Shown piece by piece: positions 47,273 through 56,818 of a stretch of DNA of 64,000 nucleotides. The stretch is from sequence record OP889247.1, one strand, 5' to 3'. The notes below the pieces were generated by a model, which was not told the DNA's origin, did no database searches, and saw only the letters and a program-made list of their open reading frames with translations. A program made the translations under genes and the position numbers. Positions within the stretch are counted from its first letter, which is position 1; each line of letters begins with the position of its first letter.

Positions 47273-48610
47273 ATGACTAAGAAAAACAAAGAAGCTAAAT
47301 CAACAGAAGTTCCCCCGGTAGAAACTACCGAAGTTGTGGTTGAAGAAATTAAAGATCAATCAGAAGCTACTTTTGATTTCTCGGAACTGCCGAAACCAGA
47401 AACACTCCCCTCTGTAGAATTAGAAAATGTTGAGGTTAAACCCAAGTACGTTCTCGATAATATTACCAACAAACCAAAGCTGAAAGTTGGTGATAAAGAA
47501 ATTGAACTTAAAGAAGTTCAACTCACCACTGACTATTTCTTTAACATTACTGGATATCGTTATCGTCCAAGTCATTACCGGTTTAGTAACCACTACAATG
47601 AAAATGAAATGAAGAAGGTTGAAGGTCACCCTAAATGGTACGCTGCTGAAGTTAACGGGATTCAATTCTTCCTGACCCAAGGTTCTGTTGTAGAAGTCAA
47701 GCGCCTTGATAACCAAACTAGTTATAACGGATCCAACACCGATGGTCGTAAACCTTGCGTTAAAGTAGCTTACTCAACCATCATTGCTGATAACCTTTCT
47801 GTCCGTGGATTTGAAGAGAATAGACTATTTAATGTAGGGTTGATTGGGGGCTGGATTTCCTTTGACAAGGTTTCTTTGTCAGATGGTAAGGTGGATATTG
47901 AAAACTCTATTGATCTTACAAATATGGATCTAAGTGTTTTCAGTATTACTCGCGCAAACTCTCTTAATGTTAATCGGTTTAACGGAAGTCGAGTTTCATT
48001 GGATGGGTTTAATTCGATCAACATTTACAACAGTAGTTGTTACTGTCATAACGATAGTTCGTTCATTCTTGAATTGTCAAATAAGAAGATGGTCGACCTT
48101 TCCATTGGAAAGACTACTCTTAGTGATTTCAAGCTTGTTAATTATGGTCATACTCTTTGCGAGGGATTAGATGTTAACTCTAAAATCGTTATCGATAAAC
48201 GTATTGACTATGGTTATATCACTGGGCTGAAACCTGTTCCGTTTGTCCGAGTCGGTCGTAGTGGAATCTTGGTAGGTAATCAGTACTTCACCGCTGTGGA
48301 GATGTTGGGTAAAATCAGTACTACTACTTTGCACGAAATTACCCCTATCTCTCCATGGTACCCAACCCCGACCTTTGGTTCTCCAAGGACACTAGATCCG
48401 TTGGTTGGTCGTGATACTGCCGATAAAGCGTATAACGTAGCTTTTAATGCTGGCGGAAAGGGGAAGGTTCCCGAACATCAACCTGATCAAATCGTAGTGG
48501 ATGTTGTTCAAACTACAATTGATCAAATTCGATCTAAAGTTAAAGTGTTTGCTTTGATCGACACTCTGAATCCTGGTGACTTTGAATATGCCGATGAATA
48601 TCCGTACTGA
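47273..48610 (+). CDS. Hypothetical protein, acidic N-terminus
   Basis: 445 aa, SD AAGGA. Confidence 0.75.
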   Translation: MTKKNKEAKSTEVPPVETTEVVVEEIKDQSEATFDFSELPKPETLPSVELENVEVKPKYVLDNITNKPKLKVGDKEIELKEVQLTTDYFFNITGYRYRPSHYRFSNHYNENEMKKVEGHPKWYAAEVNGIQFFLTQGSVVEVKRLDNQTSYNGSNTDGRKPCVKVAYSTIIADNLSVRGFEENRLFNVGLIGGWISFDKVSLSDGKVDIENSIDLTNMDLSVFSITRANSLNVNRFNGSRVSLDGFNSINIYNSSCYCHNDSSFILELSNKKMVDLSIGKTTLSDFKLVNYGHTLCEGLDVNSKIVIDKRIDYGYITGLKPVPFVRVGRSGILVGNQYFTAVEMLGKISTTTLHEITPISPWYPTPTFGSPRTLDPLVGRDTADKAYNVAFNAGGKGKVPEHQPDQIVVDVVQTTIDQIRSKVKVFALIDTLNPGDFEYADEYPY

Positions 48611-49295
48611 TACATTAGAACGATTAACTAGAAAATTTGGGAATTTATTTCTTCATATTTCTGGTGAAAGCAAGGTGTCTTTCTTAGGTCTGAAAGGTAA
48701 CTCTTGGAATGGGTTTATTACAACCTGTTTTGATGGGGACTTAGGTTGCATGGAACGGATTGAAGATGAAAGACCTTCCGCTCTAGACAACGCTTTTCAG
48801 TTTATGAGAGACTTGACAATAACACCTCATTTAAACTTAGATGAAAACTCTAAGTATACTCTTACAGAAGAAGAGTGGAATAGTGAACTCGATCAGTTTC
48901 TAGAGTTTATTGAAAGTAATCCATTCAATAAAACATATCAACATTATGTTTACCATAAAGGTGAAACTAATAAGATTGAAACTGTCGTCACTATCCAACT
49001 CAAACCTCTTTGCAATACGTACGTTATTGGTGAATATCAAGCTAGTAACGAAGCGGAGTTTGTTGGGGAGGTAACTGCGGTTAAGAGTAAGGATGGGTTT
49101 GATACACTAATTTTCTCACGCGATAAATTTGCTTTTCTATTGGAAACCACCAATGATAAACATCTTTATACAAATGAGAACTCTATAAAGTACCGTGAAC
49201 ACATCCCCACGAAAGGTGATTACCTTTTACGAGATAACGGAACTGGTAAATTAGTAATCTTACCCAAAAATGATTACATGGGCTATTACCATTAA
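48576..49295 (+). CDS. Hypothetical protein (true start probably a few codons later)
   Basis: 239-aa ORF overlapping the upstream stop. Confidence 0.65.
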   Translation: MTLNMPMNIRTDTLERLTRKFGNLFLHISGESKVSFLGLKGNSWNGFITTCFDGDLGCMERIEDERPSALDNAFQFMRDLTITPHLNLDENSKYTLTEEEWNSELDQFLEFIESNPFNKTYQHYVYHKGETNKIETVVTIQLKPLCNTYVIGEYQASNEAEFVGEVTAVKSKDGFDTLIFSRDKFAFLLETTNDKHLYTNENSIKYREHIPTKGDYLLRDNGTGKLVILPKNDYMGYYH

Positions 49296-49300
49296 GTTAG

Positions 49301-49328
49301 AGTGCAACTGGGAGTTCCCAGTTGCACT
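49301..49328 (+). terminator. Hairpin terminator
   Basis: AGTGCAACTGGGA-gt-TCCCAGTTGCACT. Confidence 0.7.
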
Positions 49329-49336
49329 ATTTTACC

Positions 49337-49367
49337 TGTTCTATATTTTTTCAAGTAGATATTATTT
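49337..49367 (+). promoter_or_regulatory. Promoter-like motif, variant copy
   Basis: TGTTCTATATTTTTTCAAGTAGATATTATTT. Confidence 0.65.
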
Positions 49368-49402
49368 AAGTGTAAATCTAGGAGTGTATAAAGGAAACTA
49401 AG

Positions 49403-50200
49403 ATGTCTAATAAGAAAAAGAGAAATGAAACTAAAAATCAGAAGAAGAAACAAGCTATTGCCGCTCACAAACAGTTCTTTGCTCATCGCGCTAAAGTAAC
49501 ACATATCACCCAATCACTTAACCACGCTCTAGGTAAGTTTTATATCATTGGGGATAAGAATCATCTTCCTATGACCTTTGGGTTGTGTGAACTTAAGAAC
49601 CGATTAAAAGGAGAAGATCTTAAAATCGGGTTAGAAGAAGCTATGAAGTTTCTGCTCGATACACCTAATACCTGGGTGATTGCGATTTATCACTTCTTTG
49701 ATATCGATGGGATAGTAGAGGTAATCCCTGTTACTTGCACAGTTTCAGATTTCACTTTAGGTATTGCTTGTGATCTAGTTCCTGCTTTAACAGAGGAAAC
49801 TAAAGTTTGTATTTTGGAAACTGAAGAGTATAAAGACCTTAAAGATCATTACTCTCATTATGCTTATTACATTAACTACGGAAATGATCTTAATTTTGAT
49901 AAAATGGATGGTGATTTAATTAACGCCATGTTCACCGTCAGTAAAGACCTTCAGATGACTTCTGAAAACATTCCAGAGGTAAACGGATATAAGGTACTAG
50001 ACAACATTCTGAAGGATCCTAGCGAGGTTACAGGAAGTTCTGAGAGTGTTCCTCTTTGTAGTAATATGGTTGAACTAACTGAGGAATTGTTAAATAGTTT
50101 TATTTTGAATAAAGAAGAAAGTGTAGAAGAACTGGATGAGTTGTTTTCTGGGATTATGGGGAAGGAATTAGATGAATCAGTTGCAGTTGAGTGTTGTTAA
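49403..50200 (+). CDS. Hypothetical protein
   Basis: 265 aa, basic N-terminus, first gene after the promoter motif. Confidence 0.75.
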   Translation: MSNKKKRNETKNQKKKQAIAAHKQFFAHRAKVTHITQSLNHALGKFYIIGDKNHLPMTFGLCELKNRLKGEDLKIGLEEAMKFLLDTPNTWVIAIYHFFDIDGIVEVIPVTCTVSDFTLGIACDLVPALTEETKVCILETEEYKDLKDHYSHYAYYINYGNDLNFDKMDGDLINAMFTVSKDLQMTSENIPEVNGYKVLDNILKDPSEVTGSSESVPLCSNMVELTEELLNSFILNKEESVEELDELFSGIMGKELDESVAVECC

Positions 50201-50501
50201 TAGTCAAGCAAAAATTGAAGCATTTCTCAAATCTAGTTTTGAAGCCAGTTATAATACAGGTGAAACTCTGGATCTTTGCCTTTCCGATAAACTTCATCTT
50301 ACTGTTACACTACATGCTGATAGTAAGCAGGGTTGGATTCAACCTTGGTTGTTTTTAAAGAACGGTAAAAACTACTGGGAAGACAGTACTGGATATTACC
50401 TTAATACCATTTACTGTAAATCGAATAACACTGACAAGGTTGCAAATATTGTTTCGCATCAACTTCACCAAGTTGTATTGAATCAACTTTGTAATCTTTA
50501 A
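50172..50501 (+). CDS. Hypothetical protein
   Basis: 109 aa, SD AAGGA. Confidence 0.6.
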   Translation: MNQLQLSVVNSQAKIEAFLKSSFEASYNTGETLDLCLSDKLHLTVTLHADSKQGWIQPWLFLKNGKNYWEDSTGYYLNTIYCKSNNTDKVANIVSHQLHQVVLNQLCNL

Positions 50502-50539
50502 TGCCAATTTAATTAGTCTAGATAAAAGGAATATAGAAA

Positions 50540-50917
50540 ATGAAACAACAACACATTGATAAACTCGCTTCCCTGATGACCAACGAAAAGTCAGAGTTTC
50601 GGATGCAGGTTTCTGCTCTAAATGGCAAAGGTGAACTGCGTATCGGAGGAAGTACTTTTGCGGTAGGTACTTTCGAGATCGTTGCGCATTATGACGGCAA
50701 AGAAGTAACCTGTTCTGGTCACATGGGTCGTCAATACCTCACTATGACACAAGTCAGTAACGCTGAAATTGATCCTAGTAAACCTTGCTTCAAAGTTAAC
50801 ATTACTCGTCGCAATGGTGCTTTTATCAAGAATGATCAGTACATCAAAGCTGAAGAACACGCCGTAGCTAAGTTCTTTGCTGACTGGAGCATTGATGTAG
50901 AACTTGATAATAAATAG
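50540..50917 (+). CDS. Hypothetical protein
   Basis: 125 aa, preceded by GTCTAGATAAAAGGA. Confidence 0.7.
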   Translation: MKQQHIDKLASLMTNEKSEFRMQVSALNGKGELRIGGSTFAVGTFEIVAHYDGKEVTCSGHMGRQYLTMTQVSNAEIDPSKPCFKVNITRRNGAFIKNDQYIKAEEHAVAKFFADWSIDVELDNK

Positions 50918-50926
50918 GAACTTGTA

Positions 50927-51319
50927 ATGAGTACCATATCTGCGAATGTGTTTAATCAGATCATTGACTCCATCATTAGTGCCGGTGGAGTCGGATTCTG
51001 GGTAGAAGATAACTTAATTAGAACATTGAAACAACATAATCATTTACGGTTCTGGCAAACAGCTAGTCATAGACCAGAACTGTCTATTGAGAGTGTTAAA
51101 GCTAAACTAGAGTTTCGTTTAGTTAATCCTCGTAATCATGAGTGGTCATTCACTATTAGTTCTCAAACCGGAATGAGAAAGTCTGTAAGTTTAACCTGGA
51201 TGGGAAACTTGTCTAATCCTAAAACTAATCACGAACAAGGTAAATTACTTAGAAGTGAAGTAGGATTAGTATTAAGACAGTTTCTAGTTCAATCGGGAAT
51301 TAAATTCATTCCAAGTTAA
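50927..51319 (+). CDS. Hypothetical protein
   Basis: 130 aa in operon. Confidence 0.65.
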   Translation: MSTISANVFNQIIDSIISAGGVGFWVEDNLIRTLKQHNHLRFWQTASHRPELSIESVKAKLEFRLVNPRNHEWSFTISSQTGMRKSVSLTWMGNLSNPKTNHEQGKLLRSEVGLVLRQFLVQSGIKFIPS

Positions 51320-51331
51320 AGGGTTATAGTT

Positions 51332-51727
51332 ATGCCAGATCCTAATTTGAAATTATTACCTATTAGTAAAGACATTGTTTCAACTATTGATAAAAGTAAT
51401 ATTGATACTTGGACTAAACACTTGCTCCCTCATCCAACACCTTTCTGGGAGTTCTGGAATACAGAGGAAGAGTTTAAATATCCATTTGTTTCTCTTTGTA
51501 CTATTTATAACGAAGAGGGATTAATTAAACCTGAATTGTTGGTAGCGAAACCTGGAATTAACTATGAAGATGCAATTAAACATCTGGAATTGGTTTTAGT
51601 TCCAAATGTCTGGATCCTGCATGATGAGATTGGAATTCGTGCTGGTTCTTATTTGATTGCACTTTGGTTTACACCTGAAAGTGTTGTTTCTGAATTGAAA
51701 AGATTATTAGGTGACGTTCATGGATAA
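51332..51727 (+). CDS. Hypothetical protein
   Basis: 131 aa in operon. Confidence 0.65.
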   Translation: MPDPNLKLLPISKDIVSTIDKSNIDTWTKHLLPHPTPFWEFWNTEEEFKYPFVSLCTIYNEEGLIKPELLVAKPGINYEDAIKHLELVLVPNVWILHDEIGIRAGSYLIALWFTPESVVSELKRLLGDVHG

Positions 51728-52316
51728 CAATTTTCCTTATAACCATCGTATTAATTATAACACATTTGTAACAGGTGTTTGGATTCCGTATAACGGGTGG
51801 CGAGTAAAGAGTCTTCACGACATTAAACTTCACGATGGTACTATCCTAAAACAGATGCAACCAAATGCTTGTGCTTGGTTTGGTTCCGCAGGAAGGGTTG
51901 AAGATGATCAAGTTTTAGCCATTCGGGTTGTTCCTGATGAAGAACGTGGTAAATATGAATACACTGGTAAATCTAGAATTGAACGCGATCTTCGTTATTT
52001 TGGTCACTCTATCCCTGTTTGGTTGGAAGATGAACAACGTTTCATTTATCCTGACGAAGTTCCAGAAGGTAAATTCATTACCCCTTTGCAACAAGCGCTG
52101 TGGAAGAAGTGTTGTACAAAGGAAGGTGATAAAGAAGAGTCATGGGAAGTAATTGTTTTAACAATTACTGGCAATCTAACCGATATGAATCTTAAAAGTT
52201 TCACTGATGGTGAACTTACTCGTTTATTCGATGAATGTGACGAGAGGTTGGTTACACCGGATGAACTTTCTGAAAGAATCAGAAGACGTGTTCTTTCTAA
52301 CTACAACAGTTTTTAA
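51711..52316 (+). CDS. Hypothetical protein (start possibly 51720)
   Basis: 201-aa ORF in operon. Confidence 0.65.
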   Translation: MTFMDNNFPYNHRINYNTFVTGVWIPYNGWRVKSLHDIKLHDGTILKQMQPNACAWFGSAGRVEDDQVLAIRVVPDEERGKYEYTGKSRIERDLRYFGHSIPVWLEDEQRFIYPDEVPEGKFITPLQQALWKKCCTKEGDKEESWEVIVLTITGNLTDMNLKSFTDGELTRLFDECDERLVTPDELSERIRRRVLSNYNSF

Positions 52317-52327
52317 GGATAAGTAAA

Positions 52328-52645
52328 GTGGAAACGGTATTTGAAAACCTTACGGATAAAGGTAAAGAGCGGTTGTTGTACGGATTGGAAACCAGTATCA
52401 AATCTTTTAGTACATCTCGACATAAAGATTTTAAAAGATTCAATCTATGTAATGGTTCTTCAGTTTTGGTAAAGTTGGAACCTTACATGAGTTACAAAGA
52501 ACATCTATCAGTTTTAATTACAAACCCCAAATCCAAGCAAGTTGTTAAAGAAGATTTCTATTTCCCTCTAACAGCTATAGGAAGGACAGGGGTATTTGAA
52601 ACTAAGGCTAAAGAAATGATTAAAGTGATTTCTGAATTAATGTAA
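52328..52645 (+). CDS. Hypothetical protein
   Basis: 105 aa, GTG start, SD AAGGA. Confidence 0.6.
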   Translation: METVFENLTDKGKERLLYGLETSIKSFSTSRHKDFKRFNLCNGSSVLVKLEPYMSYKEHLSVLITNPKSKQVVKEDFYFPLTAIGRTGVFETKAKEMIKVISELM

Positions 52646-52676
52646 TCGTAACCTTAAGTCTAGATAAGGATATGCC

Positions 52677-53027
52677 GTGAAAGCTCTTGTAACACTCTGT
52701 ATTGTATTTCTGTTAACTATCTTTAGCTTCACAGCTATTAGCAAAGATAATCAACCTAATACCTCTCAGAAACGTTATATGAAAGGTACAGTTGTGCACG
52801 TAGATAACTGTGATGTAGAAACCAGTTATCACAAACTCTGTGTTGTGGTTATTGAACATAATGGGGTGGATAAACCTGTTACTGTTCTAGGTAAAGTTGA
52901 TATCGGATCTGTAGTATACAAAGAGTGCAGAGTTAAACTAGGGTCTGTCCAGTGTAAAGAAGATTGGAAGAACTATATTAATGAAGACTTCTTAACTGGC
53001 GGAATTTACATTAAGGATAACACATGA
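52677..53027 (+). CDS. Secreted or membrane-anchored small protein
   Basis: MKALVTLCIVFLLTIFSFTAIS signal-like N-terminus; four further Cys. Confidence 0.65.
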   Translation: MKALVTLCIVFLLTIFSFTAISKDNQPNTSQKRYMKGTVVHVDNCDVETSYHKLCVVVIEHNGVDKPVTVLGKVDIGSVVYKECRVKLGSVQCKEDWKNYINEDFLTGGIYIKDNT

Positions 53028-53179
53028 CCTTGCAAGAACGTTTGGAACAAGAGGATTTGCTGTTTGGACTTAAAGGTTATAATGTAGATGATTTCCTACA
53101 TCGTTGGAAGAAAGAGCTTTCTTTATTGGAAAGTGTCTGTTCTGAAGATGCTAAATGTCCTTACCATAATAGAGTTTAA
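53024..53179 (+). CDS. 51-aa hypothetical protein (not in the ORF track)
   Basis: ATGA overlap with the upstream stop; MTLQERLEQEDLLFGLKGY... Confidence 0.5.
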   Translation: MTLQERLEQEDLLFGLKGYNVDDFLHRWKKELSLLESVCSEDAKCPYHNRV

Positions 53180-53203
53180 AATGTTAGAGGTAAACAAATA
53201 CTT

Positions 53204-54220
53204 ATGAACTTACATAGGGAGATTGATAAAAGACTACTTGCGTATAAACCAATCTCTGTTACACTTAATTTTGATTGGGATAAAATGTCTTATGACGAAA
53301 GAGTGCTAGCAAGACATAATTACATTGAAGAACAGAAAAAGAAAGATCCTAACTATGTTGGATATGATTTTCCTGAACATTTTAGCGGAACTTCGCATAA
53401 CGTCGTTGTAATTTTTAACCGCTTAGTTAGTACAATAGGACAAATATTTTCATTAGTAAATAATAAAATTTATATTTCATTCGGAGGGAATGGAAAGTGG
53501 TATAGATCAATCGGGTTATGGAAAAATGGTAAATCTATTGGTATAAAGGTCCACCGTATCGTCGCTTGTACCTTTATACCAATTCCAGAACATTTGAAAA
53601 AATTTCGTAATGAAATAGTAGTTAACCATAAGGATGATGTTAAATATAATAACATCAGATCTAATCTTGAATGGTGTACACATAAAGAAAACACAATAAA
53701 GGCTATAGAAACAGGTACGATGTCATCGTCCTCTTTTAAGCTTACCATTACAAGACCAGGACGGTATTTTGGAAATTTTTATTACTTCGACAACCTCAAC
53801 AGCCTAATAGATCATGGTTTCAATCCCAGTAGAGTTTATGGGTTTATGAGGGAAGGGATAAAGTACCTATGTGGGAATTGGGAAACCGTAACTAAAGATG
53901 AAATAATAGGTAAACCTATAGGGATGGGAAAAGATGTCATTGAATATATTAAAGACCCCATTTATGGGTTTGTGTCTGCCACTGGTAGTGTCGGTACTAT
54001 TCTTTCCGAAGGTCCTTGTAAAGGGGAGTGTTTTGCTCTTTACGGTAGTACACAATTAAGAAAATGGGGGTTTGATGCGGGAGAGGTTTGTAAAGTTATA
54101 AAGGGCAGACGTAAAAATTATAAAGGCTGTAAATGGGAAAGAATGACCAGAGAAAAAACTGTAGATATTCCCATTGGGTTAACAGAAGCTCAAAAAGAAC
54201 ATATATTTGGGAATAAGTAA
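53204..54220 (+). mobile_element. Free-standing HNH homing endonuclease
   Basis: VHRIVA.TF, VNHKDDVKYNN..SNLEWCT..EN; two NUMOD1-like C-terminal units (GFNPSRVYGFMREG / GFDAGEVCKVIKG). Confidence 0.85.
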
Positions 54221-54227
54221 TAACATA

Positions 54228-54261
54228 AACTCTCTACTCCCAATTAAGGGAGTAGAGAGTT
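54228..54261 (+). terminator. Hairpin terminator; inverted identical copy of 31582..31615
   Basis: AACTCTCTACTCCC-aattaa-GGGAGTAGAGAGTT. Confidence 0.85.
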
Positions 54262-54352
54262 ATTAATTCTATTTTTTTTGTTTCAAGATCTTATGACCGT
54301 TCTGAGGAATCACTTTAATAGTGATCTGAATTTTCATAAGAGGAACAGATTA

Positions 54353-56713
54353 ATGTCCAGTAACAAACCTTTCCCATCGTCAGATCTTGACGTATTTAAA
54401 GAAAACAGTCTTATATTAGATAACTTTGTCAACAGTCAGGAAAATGAACACCCGGATCGTTTTGGTCGTAAGAGACCAACTATTACAGGGATCATCAAAG
54501 AAGCTTTTAACGTTCGTACTGATATTTCCAATATGAATGAAACTCTTATTGGTCAAAGTCGTTGGGATGTGGTTCCTAAGAACACCAGTTTGAGTTTAGG
54601 TGGTGATAACGGAGCTTTGAATAAACAAGCTCAAGCTTTGTTTAACCGCACTGTAATGTTAAAGGTTCACACAAGAGAAGCGTTGCGTAGAACTTATCAA
54701 GAAGTTGGTCTAGTTTTAGTACCTGGCAGCTTTGAAGATGGTGGTGTTTTAGAAACTATTACTGATGTTCTATTAGAAGAGAAAACAGGTAAAGTTTATA
54801 GCTGGACAGGTAGTTTTCCGAAAGTTGTCGCTAAAGGAACATCACCAACTAGTGAGATTGAATTTTTAGAACAAAATATTAAATCGCTTTATGGTATGTT
54901 ATCAAGAACTTTTGATAACGATGGTATTGTTTTTAACACTGTAGAGTTAGAAAATACTTCACTACCCATCGGAACAACAATAAGGGTTGATGGGCGGTAT
55001 GGGGGAAGATTTAAAATTATACCCAGAGGGTCGAAGATCCCTGACGGGTACTTTTTACTATCGGTCGGGGGTGATAAACTCGCCGAGTTGCAATTTTCTA
55101 ATATTCTTAAGCCAGAATGGTTTGGGGTTTTTTCCAACACACCAGGAACATTAGAATCTGAAACTGCCGATGGTTTAAATGCCATGTTTTCAGCATTAAA
55201 AAATAAAACCGGGTTGGTTTTTGAACTTAATGGCGTTTATTATGTTAATAAACAAATTACAGTTCCATTCTGCGAAACTACTTCTCCGCATATCCTAAGA
55301 ATTTTTACTATTTCAGGTAAAAATTCTATAATAGCAAGCTCACACCAAGAAAAAACACTAGTAATTAAAACTTCTTCAGATATCGGTCAGCGTAATTATG
55401 GATTTTCAGTAGAGGATTTAACACTTAGAAATACCGTAGGTTGGGTAAAGGGTACCGGGCTTTATATCGAGGGGTCTTTTAGCCCTATATTTTCTAGGGT
55501 TTTTTGTCATAACTTTGACAAATGTTTTGAAATTTACTGTTCATCCGAAGTAATATTTGATAAATGCGTCGCTACCACGTGCAACTATGGTGTGTATGGT
55601 GACCAGCTGGCTAACCCTAATGGAGTTAATGGTAACGATTACTCTGTCATTACTTATAATCAGTTTGTTTGTTTCGGATTTGAAAAATGTGCCATTAGAT
55701 CTAATGGTGGTGGTTCAGCCAAACATATTGGCGGGACTATGGCATCCCCCGGGCTAGCAGCTAGGAGCTTTATACAATATCAAGGTTCTATAAGAGACGT
55801 TGTGATAGAAGACGTTCTCTTGGAATGTCAAAATGTTACATTGGATGGTTGTATATCATTCCTAGGGAATGGATTAAAACGTTCCATTAAAATATCTGGG
55901 GTGGTACAAGAGGTTATTTCTTCACCCAATAATGTTCTTATAAGGGCAGATGGTGTTGAAAATATTACTATAGAAAACATTCCATTTACGGTTCAAGGTG
56001 ATGTATTTGAACATATAAAATATGTTCGCATTGACGGAGCCAAGGTTGTTTCCTTTATCAACAATGCTCGTTCTTATAACTATTTGAATAAAGTAGACTT
56101 ATATGATGTAGAAGAGGTTTTTGTCGATGGATACAATTTTATAGAAATTAACCCCCAATCTACGATAAGATACACAACTACGGGTGAACCGGTTGGAATA
56201 TACACACTTAATAGTTATCAGCCAGGTGAACTATTGGACCATACTGGGAAGGCTGGATTTAAATGTTCAACGGTATATAACCGTCTACATTTTTCGGAAT
56301 TAATGGCTTTTCTTGCATCTAAAAAACCAATGATTTCTTGTGCCAAAGTTTTAACTCTTAGTGATGCATTGGGGGTTAAATTAGTCAATGGTAACGTTAA
56401 CAAAGGTCAATATACCTATGGTTGTATTCCTGGAAGATGGAAGACACAGTTTTTTGTACTCCCTACTTCTGGATTAACCGTCGTAGATAGCAGTGTGAAT
56501 GGACCTGTATATTTTAATATCGCAGGTTGTTCAGGAGTTTATATGTTAACGCAAGAAAATTTTTATAACCCGCAGATTGCGATCCCAGAGAGTGAATTAA
56601 ATAACATCACCGGTTGGCCTGTGTATAAAACTTTGTACAATTCAGATACCACACCCAATACACCAATAGGTTGGGTTAATACATATGGTGGTAAAAAGGC
56701 TATTAAAATTTAA
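54353..56713 (+). CDS. Tailspike/depolymerase TSP2 (start moved to ATG 54353)
   Basis: PFPSSDL....N...LD.FVNS....DRFG anchor, Tail_spike_N-like module (GSFEDGG.L...DVLL...GKVYSW.GSFPK), PEWFG..TADGLNA beta-helix entry; SD AGAGGA. Confidence 0.85.
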   Translation: MSSNKPFPSSDLDVFKENSLILDNFVNSQENEHPDRFGRKRPTITGIIKEAFNVRTDISNMNETLIGQSRWDVVPKNTSLSLGGDNGALNKQAQALFNRTVMLKVHTREALRRTYQEVGLVLVPGSFEDGGVLETITDVLLEEKTGKVYSWTGSFPKVVAKGTSPTSEIEFLEQNIKSLYGMLSRTFDNDGIVFNTVELENTSLPIGTTIRVDGRYGGRFKIIPRGSKIPDGYFLLSVGGDKLAELQFSNILKPEWFGVFSNTPGTLESETADGLNAMFSALKNKTGLVFELNGVYYVNKQITVPFCETTSPHILRIFTISGKNSIIASSHQEKTLVIKTSSDIGQRNYGFSVEDLTLRNTVGWVKGTGLYIEGSFSPIFSRVFCHNFDKCFEIYCSSEVIFDKCVATTCNYGVYGDQLANPNGVNGNDYSVITYNQFVCFGFEKCAIRSNGGGSAKHIGGTMASPGLAARSFIQYQGSIRDVVIEDVLLECQNVTLDGCISFLGNGLKRSIKISGVVQEVISSPNNVLIRADGVENITIENIPFTVQGDVFEHIKYVRIDGAKVVSFINNARSYNYLNKVDLYDVEEVFVDGYNFIEINPQSTIRYTTTGEPVGIYTLNSYQPGELLDHTGKAGFKCSTVYNRLHFSELMAFLASKKPMISCAKVLTLSDALGVKLVNGNVNKGQYTYGCIPGRWKTQFFVLPTSGLTVVDSSVNGPVYFNIAGCSGVYMLTQENFYNPQIAIPESELNNITGWPVYKTLYNSDTTPNTPIGWVNTYGGKKAIKI

Positions 56714-56760
56714 TTAATTTAAACTCTACTTACTCCTTATGAGTAAGTAGAGTTATTTTA
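56710..56760 (+). repeat. Conserved cassette-end element, copy B
   Basis: TTAATTAATTTAAACTCTACTTACTCC-ttat-GAGTAAGTAGAGTTATTTTA; contains the TSP2 stop codon. Confidence 0.95.
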
Positions 56761-56777
56761 TATTATTTATTTTTGAC

Positions 56778-56792
56778 GATTTTATGTACTTT
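56778..56792 (+). promoter_or_regulatory. Late-promoter-like header GATTTTATGTACTTT
   Basis: Same 15-mer at 59536..59550 and 14-mer at 61510..61523; contains TATG. Confidence 0.6.
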
Positions 56793-56818
56793 GTTATTAA
56801 CAGAGAAGGTAAGAACTT

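Noticed and set aside
54278-54352. Upstream extension of TSP2 given in the ORF track
   Set aside because: TTG start lacks an SD and overlaps the TATG header; ATG 54353 has an SD and aligns with the other tailspike starts
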